From Thecamonas trahens ATCC 50062 (lineage: Eukaryota > Protista > Apusomonadida): a stretch of DNA of 64,000 nucleotides. The notes under the pieces were generated by a model. It was not told the DNA's origin. It saw only the letters and a program-made list of their open reading frames with translations, and did not search any database. Positions 1 through 9,109 of the stretch are shown piece after piece. Numbering within the stretch: position 1 is the stretch's first letter; every line of letters starts with the position of its first letter. The stretch covers positions 130,801 to 194,800 of the forward strand of contig NW_013657667.1 of assembly GCF_000142905.1 (NCBI RefSeq), in the 5' to 3' direction. A program made the translations under genes and the position numbers.

Positions 1-2
1 AT

Positions 3-837
3 TTACTCGTCATCATCATCGTCAAAGTCGCTCTCGTCGTCGTCGTCTCCACCCGCCACACTGGCCTTCATCACGTCCTCGAACCGCGGCGTCGTCACGC
101 TCGGCGACGCCAGCGCCACCCCGCTTCCGCTTCCGCTTGTCGGAATCGGGAGTGGCAGCGGCAGCGGCGCAGTGCCTCCAGCTGTCGGCACCGGAACCGG
201 GACCGGGACCGGAACTGGCCCTGCTGCAGACCCCTCGCCGGAGAGAGCCTTCTGCATCTTGACCGGCCGCGCCTCCTCGCTCTCGGAAGCCTTGCGCTTG
301 CTTCCGGACGTGGATTCCGCCTTGACTCCTGCCTCTGCGCCGGAAGCCTCATGTCTCTTCCGCGCCGCCGCCTTGCTCGCCCGCTTGGCTGCCCGTGCCT
401 CCTTGGCCTGCGCCTTGGCCATCTCCTCTGCATCCGCCTCGTCGTCTACATCAGGCGCGCCTTCGACTGTACTCTGGAGAAAGTCGAGAAGCGGACGATC
501 TGCCACCATGGCCTTGACATGTGACGGCTTGATAAATGCTAGGCCCTTCGCACGAGCCCTCCGCCCCAGCGACTGGACCAGATCGTCGAGGAAGAACTCG
601 ATGGCCTTGGAGATGATGAACGATGCCTCGGGTGCCACACGCCCCACCTCAGGATCAGACTGAATGATGGCCTTGATACGCGCCTGTTCGTTTTCCCGCC
701 AGCCACCCCCCACGTCCACGCACCACGCACCAGCCCCCATGCCCCGCCCCACAAACAGCTCGTCAGTCGCTTTTGCCTGTTGCACTCGCGAGCAGCGTCG
801 GTCCCGTTGCCTTTGCCTAGCTGCCACTTCCCCTACC

Positions 838-879
<42 letters not shown>

Positions 880-924
880 ACATACCCGAGGGAACCGACA
901 TGCAAACCGCTTGTTGGGTGCCAT
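3..924 (-). CDS. DRAP1: NC2 alpha / Dr1-associated corepressor (histone fold); 2 exons 924-886 and 683-3
   Basis: Splicing GTATGT(885)..CAG(684) gives MAPNKRFACRFPR|ARIKAIIQSDPEVGRVA..IISKAIEFFL..HVK..LDFL, matching NC2-alpha RFPxARIKKIMQxDEEIGKVA..IISRALELFL. Acidic C-terminal tail. Confidence 0.88.
839..874. repeat. (AC)n microsatellite in the DRAP1 intron
   Basis: Perfect AC dinucleotide run of about 18 units. Confidence 0.95.
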
Positions 925-1140
925 GCCGCCAACAGGGGAGAGTTGCGTGTCTACTGCTGCCTGCTGCCTGCCGCCCGCCCCTCACACCTCGTCGCTCGCT
1001 CTCTGTCGCTCGCACCCCGTCAGCATCAGCGTTAGCCATCAGCCTGCTCACTCGAACTCTACCCGCCGTCTCTCTTGGCCGGACGGCCTCAGCATCACAC
1101 ACATTCCACATCTTTGCCTCAGCTCGCAGCGCCAGGGCTG

Positions 1141-4100
1141 TTACTCGATCGCTTCGCCGTGCAACCGAGCAAGCGCAGCCTGTCGCGCGGCAGCAAGCGC
1201 AGCACGCAGATTGCGGCCTTGGAGCTGGCGGACGACGCCAAAGAGCTCAATGAGAGCGGCATAGAGACTGTCCGCTCCGCCGGACTTGGCAAAATCAAGC
1301 AAGACATCGGGCGCCGGACGGGCACACAGTGCAAGCGCCATCGGCTTAAAGAGTAGCCACTCATCCGACCGTGGGTTGATGCCGCCGACTGCTTGGGCCA
1401 CAACTCTTCCCGACGTCCACCACGAGCCATGCAGCCAGCTGGCATGCAGCGCGCCGACGGCCCTACAGCTCGACGGTGCGCTCAGCGCATGAACAAGCGC
1501 CTCATGCGGCACATGCTGGAGCACACTCGCCACTGCCCGTGCGATCCGCTCGCAGCCAGAGACTGCGCCTGCGCGCGCCAGCGCGCACAGGGCGTCCTCA
1601 TCCAGCGCAGCTGCCCATCTGGCTGCCGAAAGACCCTCGACCATCATCACCACAGCGCCGGCGAGCCCTCGCTCGGCAGCAAGAATCAGCGGGTACCGGC
1701 CACACGGACCGGGCTCCATGTACTCGGCGCCATCGCGAAGGAGAGCCTCGGCCAGAGCGTCTGCCTCGGCGACCACTCCGGCGTCACGGACTCGCCGCGC
1801 GTCAAGTGCGTCGAGGAGCCGGAGCAGGCTGGTGATCTGTTGCCCACTCTCAGTCACATAGTGGCTGTTGACAGGCACTCCGCGGTCAAGCAGTGTGCGT
1901 GCAATGCCGAGATGCAGCTCGCCCAGTGCGTGGTGGAGTGGCGAGTGCGTCGCTGTCCACGCACCAGAGAGCTTCGGCTCGGTGACAGCATGCCGTGACG
2001 ACCACGGTCTGCGCTTCGCCGACCAGTACGTCCTACTGCCAAAGCGTTGACCACAGACTGGCTGTGAATCCTCCAAAGAGCGTGCAAACGCTCCAAGGGT
2101 CTCGCCCGAGAGCACGCCCGTACCACGCAGTCCGAGCATGGCTCGGAGCAACACACCAGCCGCGGTGGTCGACGAACCCAGCAGCGCTCCGTTGAGTGGA
2201 CAGAGCAAGGCATCCACCGGATCACCATGGACCCGCGAACGGTCGGCACCTGCTGCAAGCAGCAGCTGCACACTCTCCAGGTGCCCATTGCGCGCTGCCA
2301 CGTACAGAGGCGTCACGCCTGCCACGGCGCCGCCCGGTCCAGACTGGACCCGAACCACAGGCGACGTCGCGCACCCTCCGCTCAGCAGCAGCTCGAGCAC
2401 TTTGGCATCGTTGCGTCGCGCCGCCTCGTGCATGACCCCCCAGCCCGAGCCCGCCGCCATGTCACATCCTGACATGTACATGCGGTACGCACGCAGCATC
2501 CGAGCTGGCGCTGCCAGCACAGCCACTGACAACGAGAGCCGAGAGAGCGTTGACGCAATCTTGTAATCCTTGCTCCCGCCACCACCCTCCACCATGACCT
2601 CACCCCGCGGCTCGGCCAAGGCCATAAATGGGCCACTTGCGACGGCTCGCCGATGTATAATCTCGATGCCAGCGCGTGCATCAGGCATGATGCCGTTGGC
2701 AAAGAGCGCCGCCGCCGCCAGCTCGTTCCCGCTCGTCACCGCCAACCAGTGCCAGTCGACCACCACCTTGCTCCCACGCTGCCAGAACACATGGCGTGCA
2801 CCCCACTGCGAGGAAGTGAACCCGGCCAGCACTGCCTCGACATCGTGGGCGGTACCGTACCGCAGGAAGAAGTACATCGGTGGCGGGATCGACGACGCTG
2901 TAATCGCACCGCTCTCGCACACCGGTGGAACAGAGAGCGAGACCAGGCGACGGAGGACTTCGAGCCCCGCAAGCGCGTTCTTCCCCTTAAACTGTGATCG
3001 CGCCAGACAATCACACACCCGCTGAGTCACTGTCCATGAGTTGGAGCGCAGGAACGCGAGCAGATCTGGTCCAGCCTCGTCGTCCTCGCGCTCGGGCGCC
3101 ACAACCAGATCGCGCAGGACGTCACCGCTCAGCTCGCCGCTCTCAAGCACCAGCAGGAGCGAGCGCATCGAGCCCGCTGTCGCCGCCACATGCGCCGCGT
3201 TGGTGCTCACCACGTACGAGCCACTTAGGGGGACGTCGTCGCCGAGGACGTCGACCCGGAACAAATGCGTGGAAATCGGGCCAATCACACTCACGCTCAT
3301 CTTGTGAACAAGGAACTTGACCAGAGCGTAGCGGTCGAACCAGGCCGCAAGCGCGAGGGTTACAAAGCTTGGCTCGGCGCCCGCCGCTAGCAGCTGTTTC
3401 ACAACCTGGACGTGGCCTCGAAGCGTTGCCATGTTGAGCGCCGAGTCCAGATATGGCTCCAGCTCAATCCGTTCCACATCGCGCAGCAGGAGCCGCACAA
3501 GGTCCGACGAGCCACTGGCTGCCGCCGCGCTGAGGACCGAGAAGCCGCCAAAAGCCGAGCCGATGGCAGCCTCCAAGAGAGTAGGCCTCGACCCAGCCAG
3601 CGACGCCTTCCGCCGCCGGTTCCAGTGCCCACCGTACAGCTGCCAGTGGGTCTCGACCCTTTCGGCCAGAGCAGGCGTTACATCGCCAAAGGCCAGTAGC
3701 CGGAAGAGCCCCTCTACAGCCGCCACCGGCGCAAACCAGGTTGCACCGAACGGAGGCGTGTACTCGCGCCAGAACACACGTGGCGGCGTTGTCGCCATCA
3801 CTGAGCACACCCAGCCTGCCTCGCCGCGCCCAGCCAGATCGAGGACCAGGGGCACACCGCCAGGCGTGGTATAGTCCATGACATGCTCGCCGCACGCTGC
3901 CACAATGCTCAGCAGCTCCTCCGCCAGCTGCAGCGGTGCATTGGCCGCTGCAAGCATGCCCAGGAATGTGACCTTGCCAAACAGCGACTGGACATGCATC
4001 GCTGCGACAGCGTCAAAGGTAGGCAAGCTCATCATAAGCTCCAGACTTGGCCACACATGCTTAATCACAAGCCGCGTGACAAGTGCAGGCGACGGCGCCT

Positions 4101-6306
4101 TGACATCGACCAGCCCCATCCGGAGCAGCTTGCCAAAGATACCCAGCCACTCATTCTCGCCGGTGATCGCCGCCACGGTTGCGCCGTGGACATCGGGCCG
4201 GTTGAGAGCGCGAAAGGCGTCGTTGGGTGAGACGACGTGTGCCGCCGGCCGGCCTGCATCGCGGCTGACCTGCGGCGTGTACTCGGAAAGCACCATGCAT
4301 AGCATTGTGTCAAGCAGGTCATGGTGGCCGGCAAGCGCCGCCACAAGTAGCGGCGAGCGGCACTTTGCGTCGCACGCTAGCAACGCTGCCGGCTGACAGG
4401 TTCCGGCTAGGAACTCGAGCGCGTCGGCAAGCCCGAGGCGTGCAGCAAGATGCAACGCCGACTCGCCGCCTCGGTCGGTGGCGGAAGCATCGGCGCCAAA
4501 GGTGCAGAGCACATCAAGCATGGTCATGAGCTCGGAGCGTGGCGTGGAGCAGAGCGCATGGTGAAGGACGGTCCATCCCGTCGAGCCAAAGGCAGCCCGG
4601 CTAGGCTTGTGCGCCAGGTTGGAGACAAGCGGCGCATCTGACGGGTAAAACGGGTCATCGCCCGAGAGAATAGCCATCACCTTGTCCGTAGCACCAGAGA
4701 CTACGTAGTCGAGCAGTGATACGTGGCCGTGCTTTCGCAGCATGGCCAGAACAGATACACCAGACACGTCGCGGACCGCAAGCTCGGACAGCGAAAAGGT
4801 TGCGCGTGACGTCGCCGAGAGGCAGGCCAAGAAGCTGGCATCGGCGGCCGCTGCCGTCTTTGTCGGCCAAGTCGCGAGGTGAAGCGGGGTGGCCCCGGCG
4901 CAGTTAGCCATCACGAGCACGTCCGGAAAGTTGCGGACAACCAGCGGGAGCACGTCGTCGCGCCCACAGGCTGCCGCAATGTGCGCAAGCGTGTTGCCGG
5001 AAGCGTCGACAACGCGGACAAGATCTGGAAAGGCAGCCACAAGGCGAGCCACTTCCGAGTACGAAAAGGACGCGAGCTGGGCGTGGAGAAGCGTCTGGCC
5101 GCTAAGCGCGTCGCCCACAAGTGGCGCGTCGATGGACGGCGAGGCCGAAGCGGCGCGGACAAGCTCAAGCGTTCCATCAGGGCCCAAGAACGAGGGGAGC
5201 GAAAGGAAAGAGTCAGCAGCTGCGAGCAGCAGTGCGTCAAGGTTGATGATGTTGATACGGATGACGCTGGCATAAACGTCCAGTCGCGGGGCGCGGTGCC
5301 AGCGACGGCGACGATCGGCGGCCTTTCGCCGAGCGTGGTTGACAACGGCAGCGACTCGGGCCTGGTTGGTAGCCTTGCGTGAAGCAAGCGTCCGGCGGAC
5401 AACCAGATCGCGCTTGTGGTTACGGCGTGAGACTGGGATGTAGGCAAAGACACCGAGAGGCTCTGGCGACGACTTTGTGCCCGGAGCGCGCCCGTTGATA
5501 GCCGGCAGCCGCGGCAGGATCTCGCCGAGGGCGATGCGCGCCTCGTCATCTGCAGCCACAGCAGCGCCATCCGGAGCCACAAAAACAAACTCTGGCTCAC
5601 CCGGTAGCAGGCTGCCAAGCGCAGCTGCAACAAGCGGCCGGACAGTTGCGAGCGGGGAAGCCGAGCCGCCCAAGAGCTCAACGCGGAGCGGCTCGAACAC
5701 CTGCGCCGATCCGGTGTTGTACACCGCCAAAGAGAGCGGCATGGTATCCAGCGAGGCCAGGATCTCCATATTACGCTTCCGCGCCGATTCTGCTCGACGG
5801 GCCAGCAGCGGCGGCTTGGGCGGCCTGCCAGCTGGCGAATGGCGGCCATGTCGAGCTGGCTGGTCGGAGCGCACCTGACGCCGGGCCTTGCGCGAGGAGT
5901 TAGCAGCGGGCGGGGATGAGGGCGGGGGTCCCTGCGCCCGCCCACTCCGTGCACCCATACCCGGCAAGTGGTGCTGGGTCGATGCAGTCAGGTGTGGGTC
6001 GCGTCCGTGTGGAAGTGGGAGCCCGACCGAGCCAATCGTAGCCAATGGCTGGCAGACTGGGCCCGAGCTCGAGGCGGAGCTGGAGCCCGAGCTCGATGAG
6101 CCGGGAGGATGGAAGCCGGCGTCCAAGTCTGCGCACTTGGGTGACTGCGGGCATGGAGAACGGATCGGAGATGTCTGCGCGGTAGAAAGGAGCATGTTGA
6201 GGATGACCAGCGGGATGATGGGTGGGAATCGGCAATGAGCGCAGTGATGGTGGGGCGAGAGGTGGTGTGGAGGAGTGATCAACCGCCGGAACTCGCTTCC
6301 CCCCAT
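1141..6306 (-). CDS. Large ankyrin-repeat protein (~1700 aa); true start may be ATG 6195 or later
   Basis: Long ORF with many ankyrin motifs (GNTLAHIAAACG, GATPLHLA, GESALHLAARLG, GVTPLYVAARNGH, SPLHHAL) after a low-complexity N-terminus. Confidence 0.85.
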   Translation of the reverse strand: MGGSEFRRLITPPHHLSPHHHCAHCRFPPIIPLVILNMLLSTAQTSPIRSPCPQSPKCADLDAGFHPPGSSSSGSSSASSSGPVCQPLATIGSVGLPLPHGRDPHLTASTQHHLPGMGARSGRAQGPPPSSPPAANSSRKARRQVRSDQPARHGRHSPAGRPPKPPLLARRAESARKRNMEILASLDTMPLSLAVYNTGSAQVFEPLRVELLGGSASPLATVRPLVAAALGSLLPGEPEFVFVAPDGAAVAADDEARIALGEILPRLPAINGRAPGTKSSPEPLGVFAYIPVSRRNHKRDLVVRRTLASRKATNQARVAAVVNHARRKAADRRRRWHRAPRLDVYASVIRINIINLDALLLAAADSFLSLPSFLGPDGTLELVRAASASPSIDAPLVGDALSGQTLLHAQLASFSYSEVARLVAAFPDLVRVVDASGNTLAHIAAACGRDDVLPLVVRNFPDVLVMANCAGATPLHLATWPTKTAAAADASFLACLSATSRATFSLSELAVRDVSGVSVLAMLRKHGHVSLLDYVVSGATDKVMAILSGDDPFYPSDAPLVSNLAHKPSRAAFGSTGWTVLHHALCSTPRSELMTMLDVLCTFGADASATDRGGESALHLAARLGLADALEFLAGTCQPAALLACDAKCRSPLLVAALAGHHDLLDTMLCMVLSEYTPQVSRDAGRPAAHVVSPNDAFRALNRPDVHGATVAAITGENEWLGIFGKLLRMGLVDVKAPSPALVTRLVIKHVWPSLELMMSLPTFDAVAAMHVQSLFGKVTFLGMLAAANAPLQLAEELLSIVAACGEHVMDYTTPGGVPLVLDLAGRGEAGWVCSVMATTPPRVFWREYTPPFGATWFAPVAAVEGLFRLLAFGDVTPALAERVETHWQLYGGHWNRRRKASLAGSRPTLLEAAIGSAFGGFSVLSAAAASGSSDLVRLLLRDVERIELEPYLDSALNMATLRGHVQVVKQLLAAGAEPSFVTLALAAWFDRYALVKFLVHKMSVSVIGPISTHLFRVDVLGDDVPLSGSYVVSTNAAHVAATAGSMRSLLLVLESGELSGDVLRDLVVAPEREDDEAGPDLLAFLRSNSWTVTQRVCDCLARSQFKGKNALAGLEVLRRLVSLSVPPVCESGAITASSIPPPMYFFLRYGTAHDVEAVLAGFTSSQWGARHVFWQRGSKVVVDWHWLAVTSGNELAAAALFANGIMPDARAGIEIIHRRAVASGPFMALAEPRGEVMVEGGGGSKDYKIASTLSRLSLSVAVLAAPARMLRAYRMYMSGCDMAAGSGWGVMHEAARRNDAKVLELLLSGGCATSPVVRVQSGPGGAVAGVTPLYVAARNGHLESVQLLLAAGADRSRVHGDPVDALLCPLNGALLGSSTTAAGVLLRAMLGLRGTGVLSGETLGAFARSLEDSQPVCGQRFGSRTYWSAKRRPWSSRHAVTEPKLSGAWTATHSPLHHALGELHLGIARTLLDRGVPVNSHYVTESGQQITSLLRLLDALDARRVRDAGVVAEADALAEALLRDGAEYMEPGPCGRYPLILAAERGLAGAVVMMVEGLSAARWAAALDEDALCALARAGAVSGCERIARAVASVLQHVPHEALVHALSAPSSCRAVGALHASWLHGSWWTSGRVVAQAVGGINPRSDEWLLFKPMALALCARPAPDVLLDFAKSGGADSLYAALIELFGVVRQLQGRNLRAALAAARQAALARLHGEAIE

Positions 6307-6427
6307 TTGGGCGGAGGGGGTGACGGACGGGGAGGGAGCGAGCCGAAACGGGGGGAGCTACTCCAATCTCTTTACACGAGGCGGGGAGACGAAGGGCGAT
6401 GGAGGGTTTATGGAGTGGTTTAAGTCA

Positions 6428-7656
6428 TCAGAGGTTGGAGGAGGGCGTGGCGGTGACGACGGCGTGGATGGCGGCAGCGACGGCGTTGACGTTGGACGCG
6501 TTGAGGCCGGACATGGAGATGCGGCCCGAGTGGAGGAGGTAGACGTGGTGATCAGCCATGAGTGACTCGGCCTGGTCGCGGGTGAGGCCGGTGTAGGAGA
6601 ACATGCCAATCTGGTTGACGATATGCGACCAATCGCCGGGCGTGCCGGCGGCGACGAGGGCGTCGTGGAGGGCGTGGCGCATGGCGACGACGCGGGCAGA
6701 CATGGTCTTGAGGTCGGCAAGCCACTGGGTGGTGATCTCGGGAGTGGTGAGGAGGCGGGTGACAACGCTGGCAAAGTAGCGCGGCGGCGACGAGTACATG
6801 GGGCGGATGATGCCCTCGAGCTGAGTCATGAGCGCCGGGCGGGCGTCTGCAGCGTGGGTGAGGACGTGAGCAGCACCGACGCGCTCGCCATAGAGGCCGG
6901 CAGACTTTGCAAAGCTCTGAGCGACGACGAGGTCGATGCCGGCGGCGGCAAAGAGGCGGAGCGAGGCGGCGTCTGCGTCGGGATCGCCCGAGGCAAAGCC
7001 CTGGTAGGCGGCGTCGAACCAGGGGAAGAGGCCGCGCTCGAGGCAGACGTCGCGAATGGCCTCCCACTGGGTCATAGATGGGTCGACACCCGACGGGTTG
7101 TGGGCGCACATGTGGAGGAGAACGATGGCGCCTTCCGGGCGGCGCGGAGGTCTGCGAGCATGCCGTCGGCGTCGAGGCCGCGGGTGGCGGCATCAAAGTA
7201 GCGATAGGTGCGGATGTCTGCGTCCGGGTTCGTCCGCGACAGCACCTTGACATGGTTGCCCCACGTCGGGTCGGGGAGGTAGATCGGGGCGGCGGGGGCG
7301 AGGATCTTGAACAGCTCGGCGAGGACGCGCAGGGCGCCGGTGCCCGAGAGCGTCTGGACGGAGACAAGACTGTCGACGACGGGCGAGTCTGCGCCAAAGA
7401 TGAAGCGAGCAGCAGCAGCAGTAAAAGCAGTGTCACCGCGAATGGGAAGATACTCGTGGATGACCGTGTCGTCGGCAGCAGCTGCTGCCTTGGCCGCTGC
7501 CACTGACGGCAGGATCCACGGCTTGCCGTTCTCGTCGCGGTAGGCACCGATGACCAGGTTGGCCACTGGTGCAGGGTCGGCCTTGGCCCGAGCTGCAATA
7601 CCGTAGATGGAGTCTGCCGGAATGGGCTGCGCGTTGACGAGGTGAGATGATGCCAT
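6428..7656 (-). CDS. GOT1: Aspartate aminotransferase (class I, cytosolic type); one-base frameshift near 7137
   Basis: NLxIGAYRDENGKPWILPSV, QTLSGTGALR and PTWGNH in ORF 7072-7656; CAHNPSG, FDAAYQGFASGD, SFAKSAGLYGERVG (PLP lysine) and SGRISM in ORF 6428-7111. Adding one C in the gccc run restores LRAAPEGAIVLLHMCAHNP. Confidence 0.92.
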
Positions 7657-8374
7657 GCGTGCCAGGCGAGTGGGGGTACGGGGAGGGAGAGAGAGCGGTG
7701 GGTGCCGCTGTCGCGGTCGTGCGCCACGTGGCGGCGGCCCGGTGAGCTGGGGCAGCTGCGATAACTGGATAGGTTTGGGACAGGGTAAGGGGTGGGGGGA
7801 TGGGGGGGTTAGGGGGAGGGTATTTGCCTTTGGTAGTGTATGGGTAGCATGGGGTGGGGCGGTATGTGCAGTGGATGCGCTATCTGTGGTGATCTTTTCT
7901 CTAGCTACACATCGGAGTGACTCGGCCTGCGGCTTGTAGCACTCCCACAGGACGCACTACGGCTGCATCGCTGATGATGCAGCGTCTAGGGCCAGGTCAT
8001 GGACCACGCATCGGCCGATACGAAAGCGAGGACGGGGGGGGGGGGGGGGGGGGGGGGAGGGGGGAGGATCGGCCTGTGTGTAGAGGTCTTGTGCTGCTGC
8101 GGCACGCGAGCAGACGCACATCATTTGCAACGCGAAATCAAGGGCCAGGCCAGGTCATAGGCCAGGCATCGGCCGTGTGTCTTCTGTGCACCCGAGTGCG
8201 AGATCGGAGTCGTCGGAAGAGCTGGCGGCGAAAGTTGCGTCGGCGAATCGGCGGCAGCGGGCGGAGAGCGACCGTTGCGTGCGCACATGCGAGTTTGGAC
8301 GGCGGCCGGCAGGTGGAGGGACGAGACTGGGCAACACATCACTCGAACGACAGAGACGGGAACAAGGAGCAATC

Positions 8375-9100
8375 ATGGACGCCCTGAGGTCAGCAAAGAA
8401 GACAATGCGCAAGGCGACGCGTAAGGCGACGCGGTCTGTGCACGAGGCGCTGCACTCTGTCATCGATGAGGAGATGGACATCCAGAAGGCGCTCGAGCAT
8501 GTGGCCATGGAGCACGAGGACTCGTCGACGTATGTCTCGGCCTGGGCCGAGACCACGGGCGATGCCCAGATCATTTCCTTTGCATCGGCCCTGCAGCCGC
8601 TCTTCCGCAACCAAGTAGAGGCAGAGGGTGCACTGGCGGTGGCTCAGGGCGACTTTGTGGAGATGTGGAAGCGGCTCCTGGCCAAGGAGCGCGTCCGCGA
8701 CAACCTGCGCAAGACGCTCGACAAGAACCAGGCCAATGTCGACAAGCTGCAGACCAAGCTCGCGTCAGCGCCGGCTGCAAAGCGCGCTGCACTCGAGCAA
8801 AAGCTGGCGGAGGCGACTCAGCTCCGCGATGCCGCGCAGGCCGAGTACGAGCCGGTCGCCGCCGAGACTGCCGCCTTCACCCACGATCAGCTCGTCGCCG
8901 GCTACACTGCCTTCAATGCAGCCTACATTCAGTACCTGCAAACGTGCCTCAACGCCGCCAACGCCCGTTCCGACACCATCAACGCCTTTGCCGCTGGCAA
9001 TCCGCAGGGAGGAGGCGGTATCCGGGCCGCCGCCGCCGCCGCCATGGGCTCCGCTGCCGCGTACATGCCCAGCAACGGCGCACCGCCGGCCTACCAGTAG
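8375..9100 (+). CDS. Stand-alone BAR-domain protein, Pil1/Lsp1 (eisosome)-like, 241 aa
   Basis: All-helical three-helix BAR pattern. Segments such as LHSVIDEEMDIQKALEHVAMEHEDSSTYVSAWAE and KRAALEQKLAEA parallel the Pil1/Lsp1 core. Ends in a PPAY motif. Confidence 0.7.
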   Translation: MDALRSAKKTMRKATRKATRSVHEALHSVIDEEMDIQKALEHVAMEHEDSSTYVSAWAETTGDAQIISFASALQPLFRNQVEAEGALAVAQGDFVEMWKRLLAKERVRDNLRKTLDKNQANVDKLQTKLASAPAAKRAALEQKLAEATQLRDAAQAEYEPVAAETAAFTHDQLVAGYTAFNAAYIQYLQTCLNAANARSDTINAFAAGNPQGGGGIRAAAAAAMGSAAAYMPSNGAPPAYQ

Positions 9101-9109
9101 AAGATCGTT

